Below are positions 1-13,014 of a DNA stretch of 64,000 nt, piece by piece (the first letter of the stretch is position 1; every line of letters begins with the position of its first letter). Under the pieces are notes generated by a model that worked only from the letters and a program-made list of their open reading frames with translations, ran no database searches and was not told where the DNA came from. Source of the stretch: Sphagnum compactum. Lineage: Eukaryota. A program made the translations under genes and the position numbers. Where the stretch lies: contig OZ234493.1 of the NCBI GenBank assembly GCA_965153455.1, positions 32,354,213 to 32,418,212 of the forward strand, written 5' to 3'.

Positions 1-3000
1 GCTACTATCGGTCGGCATTCGTATGTATGTATGTAAGAGCCTCTTCACCAAAGGCTACTACTGGACGGCATTTTTACACAAGAGCCTCTCCACCATAAGG
101 CTACTACCTGTTGCCCCCAGTGAGCTCTATGTCAGTCATTTCAAAGTAAACCTTGGGTAGTGTAAGGTAGCTGTTCGGGGAGTTGGGAAAAAGAGAAGAA
201 GGGAAGGCTTTTGAAAGGGGGGGGGACATTCCCCAAATGTGAACTTGTCCACGTTACCACCTTGTCCTGGGCCCATATAGACATAATTCCCATGCACAAA
301 GAAGAAAATTGAAAGAGAAGAAAAGAGATTGAGAGGGAGGGGGGACCCCATGGCCTTCCTTGCACCTTTGTATTATAAAGGAAGGCGTTGTCGGGGTTAC
401 TTTTCTCCACACCTAAATATGCTCAGCATGTGAAAGGGAGACTAAAAAGAAAAGAAAAGAAAAGAAAACAAAACAAAACAAATGAAAGGAAGCAAAGGAG
501 TGCACACCACCATAACTTTGCAAATTTGTTTGTCGGATACGTCAAAGAAAGGGGCTTCCAATTTCCAAAAGCTTCCACCAAATTAGGTCACCTTGTTCTA
601 GCTGACTTGTCCCTAATAGTGGTACCACCATGGCTCAAAGTTCAAACCCTCTTGATAAGCTAAACAACACCTCAGCCAACGAGAACTCCTCGGTACATAC
701 ATGGAGGCAGGGAATTTCTCTAGAGTTCAGTCAGGTGTATTTTTGGTCAGAAAGGCCATAAGCTAATAACAAGGTTTTTTCCACCAGAAGACGCTTACCT
801 GACTGACTAACTGACACTCACAGAATCTCAAGCTGGTGCAAATGTGGCCCTTAGGTTTTAACAGATGGATGATGGCACCTTAACTAAACCCTAAAGCCCT
901 CAAAGGAGTTTTCCTTTGTATTTGAAAGCACCTCCCAGCACCCAAGATTCCTTCTTCAGTTGAAGGACCCTTTTGTTGATCACATGATGCAGACCTTCCA
1001 CCATTTGAATACAAAACCTTTCATGCTTCAGGCTGGGGAACGAACACCTACTCCCACCCACCAGCCTCCCCTAACTCTCGGACCTACACCCTTGGGCTGC
1101 TGCCCTTGATACCCGGTGGATATGTGCTGAGTATCACATGAATTTTTTTCTTTAAAAAATTAAGCCTGTGCTTTATGTTGGGTAAATGCCCTCATAGTAG
1201 GGTGCTCCGAAAATTTAAACCCCCCCCCCCTTTCCCCCTTCAAACTCTACCTCGAGTGGAGACTAATTTTGGCATACCCTGCTCCTTGGTTGTTCTGAAT
1301 GTTGGCCAATTATTGATTTTTTCCATAACTTGTCAGCAGGTAGTTTATTTTTAGAAAACAATTTGGGTGCCAGTTAGGTTATCAAATACCCAGCTGATAA
1401 CCGCCAATTCACCTGCTGGCTATACATTGGTTACATGGTTTTTAATAATTAATTAATTAATTAATTATTATCATTAATTATTATTTTCTGTTTTCTTGTC
1501 TTCTATCATAAAAATCTTTAGAATTGATAACCTACCTGGATGATAACCAGGTTGTCATCCTCGCCATCTGGGCAGGTTGTTAGATTTTGGAAAATTCAAT
1601 ACAAAGGGCTTATGTTAATATCTGGGTATCAAAAAACAAAGAACCGGCTGGTAGGTTATTGAAAACCCGGGAATATATCCGGATCGATTATCTTACATGG
1701 AAAAGCACCGAGGCCTAATCCGGGGTCTGTTATTTTGACTGACCGTTCTCAACCCACCAAATGGCTCCTCCCAATTATCCATCCAGAATGCCGACGCCAC
1801 GTGTAACGGCCACGCTAATTATGGGAGAGAGCAGGTCAGCCTGGTTCTGACACAGCTGGCTGTACTGGCCGTGCTGAATAGGATTCAGGTTCTGCCCCTT
1901 CCGGTCGCGTGAGAATATAATAAAAAGCTAGCGTGTGAAAACGGCCCAGCTACTACTGACGGTTCCTACCTATGTGATTCAATTATCATCCAGCTAGGTT
2001 ATCATCTGTAAACACTAATAATTTTTAAAAAAAATTAAAATTAAAGATAATAACACAAACAGGACAACAGGAGATTATCAACCAATTATTTGATAACCAA
2101 TTTTCCAATTATATATATATATAACCTGTGTGGTCCAAAAAACCTACCCTGTAGTTATTATAATGAAATAAAATAACCAGCCAATGTTAGTAAAAACCTC
2201 CAAATGTTTTTTTTGTGTAGTTACACAAGACTTAAGGTGTGGGCATTCCCAAATTAAGGGGCCTAGGGATGAGGTGGTATTACACACCCAGCCCCACATT
2301 TTGGGAATATCCCTCACATGTGAGTTTAATTTGGTAAGGCGAACATTATTATGAAACCTAAACACATACCTAAATCACAAGGCCTAGGAGGGGAGGGTTC
2401 CTATGCCTATGTATAGGCATAAGTACCATACATACACTCTTCATGAGTAGGCATATATAACATCCCTCCTCCCTCTTTTTAGGAGGGTTACTCGGCAATA
2501 TAAGTGTGCCTCCAAATGAATCCAGTAAGTATCCCACCATCCTAAGATTAAAATCAGGGTATCTGAGGTCAAATTGAACATTTCATCCGTTATGTAGACC
2601 TCACTGAAGGGACCTCACGATTTTACAAGATGAGCATCTGATGTAAGCCCAAGGAAGATTGTGCGCATTTGAAATTTTTCGAATTAAAAAACCCCAAATG
2701 TCTAATTAAGAAACTGAAGTCAAATTAATTAATTATTCGACATTCTTCTTCTTTGTCGAAATTTTCATAATTAAAAATCCAAAATGTATAATCAAGAAAC
2801 TAGAGTTAAATTAATTATTCGACACATTCGTGGGCTGAATCCGTCAAAATATATTAGGATTATATCTATCTATCTATCTATCTCTATATATATATAATTA
2901 ATTTAAATTAACTCATTGGAAGCAATATTTTATGACCATTAAATATATGTAAATTGAATGGATAATCAGACGTAGTACTATATAGTACGTTTGGGTGAGT

Positions 3001-3167
3001 ATTGTCGTGGGCTCTTGGCAGAATACACGTGTCAAAACCTGTTATGGTCGGTCCAGTACAGCACAACCCTTGCCTTCACTTGCTGAGTCCTCACTTCTCA
3101 CCTTATTAGGTAGGCTCTCAGTGGTGACCACATTCTAGGGTTTTCTCAAATCAAGTCGTGTCAGATT

Positions 3168-3315
3168 AAAAAAATCATGCAAATCTTTGGGAACCAAAAA
3201 TAGGCCTACCCCCAGTTTCGTTGAAATGGTAGCCAGTTTCACTCACCTTCTTTTAGGCTACACTAAAATCGGGGATGAAACAGGGATTAGGGGTGGGTCA
3301 AACTAGGGCCCAAAT
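3168..3315 (+). repeat. Dispersed repeat (MITE-like), second copy at ~12446-12584
   Basis: aaaaatcatgcaaatctt..cccagtttc..gaaa..tttcactca..ggggatgaaacagggatta..gggtcaaactagg.cccaaa is present at both loci. Confidence 0.7.
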
Positions 3316-4949
3316 ACATGGTGACTTCGGGGATAACTTAGGTATTGAAGAATTATATTGATTTAATTTCATATCGTGAAACTGAAATTTAGAGAACACT
3401 CCCTTTTCCACAATTGCACACCCTCCACCTTTGTGTTGGGCAGTTCTTTACTCTAATAAAGAAGAGCCTATGATTCGAGTTCTCAAAAATAAATTAAAAT
3501 TATCTTGGTTCCGGTTCCACAAATAAATGGAACCAGGAATCTAGTTTTGGGTCCTAGTCTTTTTTTTTAAAAATTTGGTTCTGGTTCTAAAAAATCAGAT
3601 CTGGATCTGGTCTAGTTCTTATCAACTCAAACTGGAACCCATGGTTAATTGGAATTAATGGTTAATTGCAAGTTAACCTCTGGTTAACCTCCAATTCCAG
3701 TCACTTTTCTTTTTGTTAAACCTTTTTTTTTTTTGGTGAAAAATATCGATTCTAGTTTCGATTTTGGTTTCACACCTAAATAGAGTCGGCAACCTGATTT
3801 CGGATCTGGTTATTTAAGAACATAAAAATCAAAGTTCTGGTTTATTAAACCAGTTTTGGAAATCAAACCTCATTGGCGTTAGGTTCTTACTAGGTACTCA
3901 GAAGAACTGAAACTGGCAGTTATTTCCAGTGTTGGGCAATTTTTTGAAGTTTTAGATTCACAATATATAAAATAGGAAAATCTTGTTTTGACATGAACTT
4001 ATCTAAGCTTTAATGATAGTGAGTCAATGGGGCTTTCCTCTCTTGGCAGTTCTATCACAATTTGGCTATGCATAGAAATGAATGTGTGCATGTGCACTAC
4101 TAAACCAAGAATGTGTGTGCATGTGCGTTACTAAATCAAGAAATAAGAGCTGGAGATTCTGTTATTGGAACCAAATTTATTTATTTTGATAATCTAATAG
4201 ATACTTACTTTTAAATGCAAATTGTTACCTATTTGGATCACCCCTTGTCAAAAAACAACTTAAACCCTAATAATAATACCCAAGAAGCCCATCATTGATG
4301 AAATGAACATTAACCTTGATTGAAGGTTTTTGGTATACTAAAAAACATTCAAAACCTTCCCCCCCCCACCACCCAAAGGTTCTAGAAAAAACTTCTAATA
4401 AATGGGAACTGACAATAGAGGTTCCTTCAAAAACAAAGAATCACACAACATTGGTTATCACTCCCATCAAAATTGGCTACCTACCCAACATTGCTCCACA
4501 TGCACCAAACATTTAAAACATTGGGTCACCCCCACTATCTCTGTCCCTTCCTCTAGCACTCTTGTAAATTGTTTGATTAGACGAAGAAAATCTTCTGACA
4601 CTTGTGGCATTAGTTATCAGCAAATCAATTAATGTGTTGTTCTTAATTTTAAAACCATGATACCTGCCTCTGTGGGTGTTTCACTTTTTGAATATGTCTG
4701 CTCACTCCTGATGCCTTATATGCTGTGAATGTTTCGTAGTGTTTCCAAATGCCCGGTCATTGCTGACACCTGATTATGGGGTATAATGCATTCTCCTTGT
4801 CCACTGCTGCAAATTGCAGAGGTTTGAGGGATCTTAAGGAATATGAATAATAGTAGAGTTTTCTTCAGTGTCTTCACCTTGTCTTTTGGGCCTCCTTTCA
4901 CCCCTATATCCTCAAGTGAGATCCGCAAAGTAATGAAATTTTATTAAAT

Positions 4950-5120
4950 CTGGGTATGAAATGCTGAAACTCAGCATTTAATGCACCACGTTTGAGGTAA
5001 TTTAGTAGTTGTACAGGTAGGAGCAGTGAAAATATTTATGTAGCAGCAGTGGAGGCAGGCGCTCATGGATGAGGAAGGAGGTGGTCAAAACAGGATGAAA
5101 CTCACTTCACCACCCCCAAA
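4950..5120 (+). repeat. Dispersed repeat, second copy at ~36878-37035
   Basis: gggtatgaaatgct..actcag.atttaa..gtttgag..gtag..gtacaggtaggagc.gtgaaaatat.tatgta.cagcagtg..caggcgctca..caggatgaaactca..caccacc is shared by both loci. Confidence 0.7.
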
Positions 5121-6602
5121 AAAATGGTGCATTTCTGAGTTTCACCCCCATTGAAGAAGGCTACTGTACATTTTTTGCAGGTTTCTTTTTTAGATTCTCA
5201 CGCAGGTTTGGACCAAACTCAGGGTTCTAGTGCTGTGTTTTCCTGACTTTACGGAAAACTCTATTATTCGCTTTTTGTTTTAGGGTTAGATATTAACAGA
5301 TAGAGGGCTATAGGGGGGGGTAGTCTATAGACAGTTGGAAATGTTTGGAGTGCTTTGAGTGAGAGAGAGAGAGAATTTTGTCCTCTTTAGACCTTTCCCC
5401 CACTATCCATGTGAAGTTTGCGGATCCAGATTCTGGATAACCCACCTACGGGACCCGTAGTAGTAGTGGTGGCCCGGTGCACAGTGGGGCCGGGGAACCT
5501 TGTTGATCAGCTGAAAGACAAAATAAATCCCATTGGCTAGACCACCGTATTCTAGTAACTTGAAGTGACCGACACGGTTTTTGTAGCTGTCAAAAGCTTG
5601 AAATTCCACTACTAAAAGAAGGGAGAATTGGAGTGAAGACACTTGCCCTAGGAATCATCTTTTTCTTCATTTTATCCTCTTTTCGTTGATTCATTCATAT
5701 ATACAATTACTTCCCCCCCCCCACCCAATCCCCCACACCCTACTACTCCCAACTCTTCCAAAAGAAATTGGAAAGAAAAACTCAAGCAGCAAGGATTCCT
5801 TGTGTGACCTATACGGTCGATTATTTGGGTATGGATTGCAAAGTTGGTGAAATCATTCTTTATACACAAAAAAGAAGTAGTTATATGAAAAAACAAAAAA
5901 TAAATTCACAAGCTTCTTTTTCCTTTGGTATTTTGAGGGTGCTTATTCCAATGAACCTGCCTGGAGTTTGGGCCTAGCAATGCATTTACATAGAGTGTAA
6001 ATAGCACAGCAATGTGTATATGACCCAGGACTACTATCGTGGTAGAGTGAATTGCACTCCAATAGCATCCTTGTATTTGAAGAAAGAACAATTTCTAAAA
6101 AATCCCTTCAAGAAAGTGTAGGGTAAGGCCCGAAGGTCAAGGGCATTACCAAAACAAGTGCTCACACAACATTAGGCAAGAGTTCAAGAGTCAAGAGTCT
6201 TCGAGTGTGAGCAAGCTCGATTTTGGTAAAGCCGACACCAACAAGGAATTTACAGAGTATAAGTGAAATGCCCACTATAATAGGGATTCCATTTTCCAAT
6301 ACACCTAGCAAATAGGGCTTGAAAAGATACATCAGATTAAGGTACCCTCGAATTACACTAAAATAATCAGCCCAGGTCTTTGTGAAAAGTTTAGGGGACT
6401 CATAATTGTGGGGCCTAGGAGGGAGGTCACACACACCTAGCCTTGGGCCTTACAACAAGTTCTCACCCCCTTTTGACTAGGACTCCCACCCTATTTTCTT
6501 CTTCATTGGGGTGGGGTGGGCCCAAACCTTGTGGAGCCCCCTTGTGCTTGCGCTTGGGTACCTTTTCTTTCCCTACACTGATTTAGAGCCTTTCCTTTGC
6601 TA

Positions 6603-7200
6603 GCTATATATATGTCCAAAATAGCCATATTAAAAATTAAAAGTGCTAAAATCGAGTGTGTTTTAAGGATTTTCAATAGCCAGAATTAGAGATCAATTTA
6701 AGAAAATTCACCAGATTTCTATACATGGTTCAAGTATGTAGCAAAAGAATATAGTAAGATGTTTTTTTTAAAATAAATTTCATACTGAGATTGTAGCCAA
6801 ATTTTGCTAAATCTTCCTATGGATCATCTCCATTTTGGCTACATCACAAAATTGACAAAACAAACACTGAAATTTGCCACTTTGGCTAAATCACAAAAAT
6901 TAACCTCAAAAAAAAAACACAGACACTAAATGTGTTTTGGTCAGTTTTGTGTTGTAGCCAAAGTGGCGATGGTCCACAGGAATATTTAGCCAGATTTGGC
7001 TACAAGCTAAATATGAAAGTAATTTTTTGAAAACATCCTGCTATATTTTTGGCTACCCACTTGAAACAAGTATAGGAATCTGGGGATTTTTCTTAAAATT
7101 TTATCGAATTATGGCTATTTAAAAACTCTAAAAGCACATGATTCTAGCACTTTTAGTTTTTAATATATCTTTTTGGCTATATATATATATATATATAGTC
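6603..7200. repeat. Foldback: two ~270-bp imperfect inverted copies (6603-6869 and ~6925-7200), MITE-like
   Basis: Left arm aaaagtgctaaaatc..ccagatttctatacatggttcaagt..gtagccaaattttgctaaatcttcctatggatcatctccattttggctacatcacaaaattgac matches the reverse complement of the right arm throughout; both outer ends finish in (TA)n. Confidence 0.8.
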
Positions 7201-8162
7201 AGCCAAACATAGGGGAGGGGTCCCGCGGGGGGGCGCGGGGGAACTAAAGTGTATTAATGGTAGTTTTCCATTAATAGGGCTAAGGCTCAAATACGCTCTC
7301 CTGGCACAGCTAGCAACTGGCGTGCTCGCTTTGCTTTTGCTCCTCTGGCCCTCGTGCTTTCGAGCGCTAGCTAGATACGTCCTGTTTTTGTCCATTCCTC
7401 AAGTCTCGCAATTTCTTTCATTTGCTTCAACGCCTGCCTGCCTGCCTGCCTTCTTCTTCTTCATCGTCTTCTTCCACGCAGCGTGAACATTCCGCTTCTC
7501 CATCTCACTTTCTTTCCAAGTATTTCCCTCCTTTCTCTTCTTCATTCCTTCCAGCAGCTTCTGAACGCCGGCCTCTTCATCATCGCATTCCCTCTACGTG
7601 CAAGTACATCGGTTCCGGAGCTGCTGCTTCTGCTGGTGTAAGTATTTTTCTCCCGTTACTCTTCTAGCCGTTGCGTCCATTTCTTTGTTTTTTTTCTTTG
7701 GCTTCTTATTTTTGTTTTTTTTTTTTTTGGGTGTTTCTTCTCGTCGTTTCTGTCTATGTCTCTGTTGTCTGTGCCTCTCCATGCCTGTGTCTGTGTGTGT
7801 GTATTGTTGTGTTCTTATTCTCTGCTTTGACAGGTTTTTTTCCCCCTTTGTTTAGCTCTGTTTGAAGTCATCATTGTTGTACTGGTCCTCAGTCTTGACG
7901 TTGTGTGCAAGCTGGGGGACGCTGCAGGTTTAAGAGAGTTTTTGTCTCATGTCTGTCTCAGGGCTGTCCATCCAGAGAGTTCCAGGAGTGTGTGTGTGTG
8001 TGTGGTTTTATTTTTCGTTTTCGCGGTTTTAGCAATGTCCTCATCCAGGCTTGGCCCCTGTTCGCAATTCGTTCGTTGATTGTGATTTGTGACTAGTGAA
8101 AAAGGAGGTTTGTCTTACATTCGAAACTATTTTTCAGCGCGGCGTTGATGATGTTGATGAGT

Positions 8163-8193
<31 letters not shown>

Positions 8194-8376
8194 TTGGCTC
8201 GTGTTTTTTGTAGCTGGATCTGCAGTGCGGAATCTAAGTTGGAAATTCCTAACTATCCTAATTCTGAATCTGTGACCTTACGGCTGCTGCAGAACGGGAG
8301 GGGTTACGTCCGGGATCTGTGCTGCGTTCTCTGAGCAGCTGTAGGGAGACTTGCACGTTTTTTTTTTCCCGGGGTA

Positions 8377-11273
8377 ATGGCAGAGGTCGAAGCGAAGGCA
8401 CCGGAAGATAAGGTAGCTGATGTCCCTGCTCCGGAGTCCGCTGTGGAAGAGACTGCAGGTAAGTTTACAGCTTGCTTGTCCGCGTCTTTTTTTCCGCATA
8501 ACTTTGGAGCAAACGGTGGCAATGTTGCATTACTTGAAAATGTCAAAATATACTGTTGAGAGAGATTTTCTTGGTTACCTTGCGTGCTCCTTTTGCGGTG
8601 TCTCGCGACGAAAGGAAGTATGCTGTCGAAAGAGTGTTCTGTATTGACTGAAGTCTGAACGGGACAATATTTGAGGAGACGTTTTTTAATTCTTTTTTTG
8701 GCGGTCAGAGCGCGATATTATGCCATGGTAATAGTAGTGCTATCCCTGCTTGCCTGCTTTCATCACGTGGCGCGTGCAAATCAGACCTCGAGCAAGCTGG
8801 AAAACAGTTCTGAAATTCAAGGAAAAGAGCTTTCTTCAGCGTCATACTCAAAAGTTTTCGCCTGTTTCAGTGCGGAGTCTGCTTCATTACTAGATTCTGG
8901 AATGTTTTCAAGGATGCCCAGTAAGTCTGGGGGATCTATTATTGAAAGTGAAGTGTTAGACAGGCGCAAGTCAGATGGTTGGTTCCCCTAGCTATCTCAG
9001 CAAAGCGACTTTTGAATGTTGGGGCACGAAGTACCGCTCTTTCCTTAAGGGAGTAGTCATTTCCAGTCAGGCCCAGGGAGTAGTACATCATACCTATCGA
9101 TTCTTCCAAGCTGAGACAGTTCTGCGCAGGAAATGCTTCCAGTTTTATGGCACAGCCTTCATAAAACAAACCATCAGCTGTCCTATTTTCAGAGCTGTGT
9201 CAAAACTCTCAGCATTTTCACATGGCCCTGTGAGAAGAATGGACAGAAAACCATGCAGCTTGAGGTCTGATCTACATGTGCTCTCAAAATACATACACAG
9301 TTTTGCCAGCGTGTGCCGCTTCACTCATGAAGAAGCTTATTGCAGCTTGATGAGGACACTGCAGACATTCTGTAATACCTGCGTCGCTCGAGTGCACTAG
9401 TGAACATGACTGAGTCTGCTTCCTGTTGCTTTTGTCAATGTGACAAGAGCTCATGTAATTTGAATGGCTACTCTATGTGTACATGGCTGACGGGCTTCTG
9501 AAGTTTAAGATGGTGGTGGTACCTGTTTGCTTTTTGCAGGGGAGACAATAATCCCACCATCTGTGCCCGAAACTACAGCTCCTCCCACTGCTGAGGAGAG
9601 TAAGGATGTTGCGGTGGAGAGTACCGAAGAAACACCTGCAGGTCAGTAACAAATGTCAAAGGGATGAAAAATTGAACTTAAGACGGCCATAATTTTCTGC
9701 CCTTTGTGTGATCTCTTTTGTTGACACTATAGCATCTACAGATTTATGCGCAGTTCTGATTTGGCTTGTTTGTGCAGCATTCTTGCATGATCTTCAATCA
9801 ATTATAATATTTGCTTGAGCACATTCTATAGTAGTTGTACTCAATTGGTTTGGCTTTGTCTTCTTATTGCATCAAGTCCTTGCTTTTGTTCCAGATATCA
9901 TGAAGCAGATGTGCTCTGCAGTTGGCTATGGAAGGTCTAGCATTATTGTGCACCCATTTTGCTATTGTTGGAATTGCACTGTCCAGAATTCTTCTCTCAC
10001 CTTATAAACCAATTTTAATGCTAGGGAGGACTTCTTAGTTGCCGGTTGCACAGCTTGTGTTGTGTTTCATTTACTGACTGCCAGACCATGACTGCTATGT
10101 GGTTTTTGTCAGGAAATCCATTTAGCTGTATGATCTGAGTTTGTGTCTGTTGTCCCTGGTTTGTTTGTATCTTTCATACTGTAGAAGTGTACTAATATTA
10201 GTGATTGCATGCTGCATTCAACAGTGGCTGCTACTGAGGGTGTTGTGCCAGAGCCTGAGGCCAAGCCTGCAGCAACTCCCAGTACTACTCTCTATCAGAA
10301 GCTGAAAGGAAGGTTCTTGCGCTCTGAAAGCAAAATAAAGGGAAAGATAATTGCAGCTAAGGAGGAACTTCAGCCAACTGCTGCAGAGTCAGCATCTGTC
10401 CCTGAGGCAAAGCCAGAGAAGAAGGAAAGTAAAGCTGGAATCCTCTCCAAGGTCAAAAAGTCAATCTGGCAGAGTCGGGAAGCAAAACCTGGGGAATCTG
10501 CATCAGCCCCAGTTGAAGAGCCGCCAAAATTGCCAGAAACTGGGGAATCTTCCACTCTGGCAACTGAGGTGTGCAAGTGTATTTTGTGTCTCTACTGGAG
10601 TCAACTTTCCATTTTTGTGATGTTTACAGCCTGTTATATAGATTGCGAAAGCATTTCTACCTTGCTTGTGCCTTTCTTTTGTGCATAGGGTTCCCCAAGT
10701 GACTGTAATGTGCTGTCTGTTGCATTCCTCCAGAATTTTGGTTACCTGATGCTTAAGATCATATGATGTTCTTTGCTGACACTATGCTGCTGTCTTTCAT
10801 GTACTCAGGAAGCTGTATCAGAGCCAGTAGTCACAGAACCAGTCAGCACTGAAGAAGCTGCCATTGACCCACCTGTCACAGAAACAGTCAGTACTGATGC
10901 AGCCCCTGTGGACGCAGCAGTTCCTGAGAAAGCCCCAGAGCCTGTTGAGGCAGCAGCAACTGAGCCAGCTCCTACTACTACATCAACACCAAAGTCAAAT
11001 ATCACTTTATTTTTCCAGAAACTTGTGAAGAGGATAATTAACAAGAGCCCTAGTGCATCAGCACCTGCTGCTGAAACTGCCAAAGAAGCTCCCTCAGCAG
11101 CTGCTGAGACTGCCAAAGAAGCTCCCTCAGCAGCTGCTGAGGAAACCAGTTCTGCACCTGCTGAAGTAACCATGAACCCTCACAAAGAACCTCCAGCTGA
11201 TGCCACAGAAGAGCCTGCCTCAGCAGCTGCTGTCTCAGAACCTGTTGCAGAACCTCCTGCTGCTAGCACCTGA
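8377..11273 (+). CDS. Ala/Glu/Pro-rich acidic, probably intrinsically disordered protein (~330 aa, 4 coding exons) with three basic amphipathic segments
   Basis: Exons 8377-8458, 9540-9641, 10225-10568 and 10809-11273 join in frame through canonical GT..AG sites (GCAG|gtaag, ttgcag|G, GCAG|gtcag, aacag|TG, GAG|gtgtg, ctcag|GAA); total 993 nt. A pyrimidine-rich 5' leader at ~7400-7636 is followed by a probable UTR intron donor (gtaagt, 7638). AATAAA-like signals lie at ~11502 and ~11554. Confidence 0.85.
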
Positions 11274-11759
11274 AAGAGGTTTGTGGTATCCAACATTAAT
11301 ATGTAGATAGTGTATCATAGGGTTTTCTTTTTTTTACCTACATGTCCAGCACACCCCTAGTCAGTCACTTCTTTTGGGTGGATGTTCTCATGTAGGTCAT
11401 AAATTGAGGGGATAATCCTCCATTTTTTAGCAAGCTAGCTAGTTCCCATTTGCCCAGATTTGGCACCAAGACTAGTCACTCCTTGCTAGGTCCATAAGTT
11501 CAATAAACAGTATGTTTCTATCCTGTTCTATGACTGTCTGTATGATCTTGTAGCAATAAAAAAATTCGTTCATGTGGTCAAATGTTTCTTCAATTCGTTC
11601 TTAATGTGTTACTCTATCAAATGTGCTAAAGAATGAAATAACATTGTTACTCTATATTTCATCCATTATGGTCATAATTTAAATCCCATGGTCTGGTCCC
11701 CAACATAAGGAGTGTTATATCCCTCGATTATTGACATGTCATAATGCAGCAACTAGTTC

Positions 11760-12200
11760 CTTCCATTGTGTTTGGAAGGGCCTCATGGAAGAAGAAAAGG
11801 TGCCAAGAGGAAGGCACCAAATGTGTTATTTCATTGACGTAACAATTTGAGATCTTGAAAAAAAGATTTGGCAATCACCTTTGCATGCTAGAAAAGGAGA
11901 TGTTTTCATTGTTTTCAATTTCATGAACCACCTCTTGTGTTTTTGGCACATTGTTGACAAGCTTGATATGTATGGTCTTATGACAGCCTACTATGTGTAT
12001 TACATAAACTTAGAGATGCACAAGGTCATGAAAGGGTATATAGTACATATACCTTGAGACGCGTATGGGCAAAGGTTATGGAATGAAAAAATGTTTCATA
12101 ATTTGATAGTCTACATGCAATACTTGTGTGATGTACCTCATAAATTGTGAATCCGTACTTCAAAGGACACAAAACAAGTGTGATACTTCCAGAACTTCAA
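11760..12200 (+). mobile_element. Possible highly degenerate MULE transposase remnant
   Basis: Only a short motif, HLLCFWHIV (~11929), resembling the MULE CxWH signature; no long ORF. Confidence 0.25.
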
Positions 12201-13014
12201 CAAAGAAGATATAAGAGTTAATCCCTAAAAGTACCTCAAACTGGGGTAATGGGCCCAAGTTTTGTGGAAACTGGGGATGAAATGATAACACAGGATGAAA
12301 ACTGTTCACAAGAATTAAGAATGGGACCAAACCAGTTGTCTCACCTCAATTGGTGCTCATACGAATTCAACCCCAGTTTTGAGTTTGCCTTACCTGTGCA
12401 TTCACTGCCTGTATTCTTTGTGAAATGGAAGCCCTTGTGAGGGACAAAAAAAATTCATGCAAATCTTCTGAACTGTTTGATACCCAGTTTCATGAAACAG
12501 TACCCTATTTCACTCATTTTTCAACTAGGCACCACTCAAATTGGGGGTGAAACAGGGATTACAGGGTCAAACTAGGACCCAAAAGTGAAGACCTCTCAAA
12601 CCAAAAGAAGGTGCCTTTTTTTGGCTATGTAAGTGACTTTAAGGGAACAATAGTGAGTGGGCATAGGAGTTAGAGAGAAGAGTTTAATGGATAAGGTTTG
12701 ATTATAAGTTCACTATTGACTAATCTATTGTATTAAGAAAAAAAACCATGGATAAAAGATGCATGAATGGATGAAATATGAAGGATGGATGACAAGGTTG
12801 TTAAATATGACGTGACGTGTCATTTCTATTAATCAAAATATTCATGATGGAAAGGTGAATCTATCTTTCAACCCTTCATGACAAGTAATAATTCAAATCT
12901 TCAATGGGTTCTCAATGTGTTGATTGAAAACATTTGGTTGTTGAGATTGTTAACTAAATTAGGTTGTTATTTTTTTTAAACCTAGATTTATTTTCAATTT
13001 TATATTATTCTATT

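Noticed and set aside
8671-9400. ORFs of 106 and 141 aa
   Set aside because: They lie inside intron 1 of the disordered-protein gene, have non-ATG starts or no recognisable motifs, and are not needed for the in-frame splice model.
10805-11173. Antisense ORFs over coding exons (also 32411-33247 +, 35297-35642 -, 58148-58507 -)
   Set aside because: Shadow ORFs produced by the codon bias of the real genes on the opposite strand.
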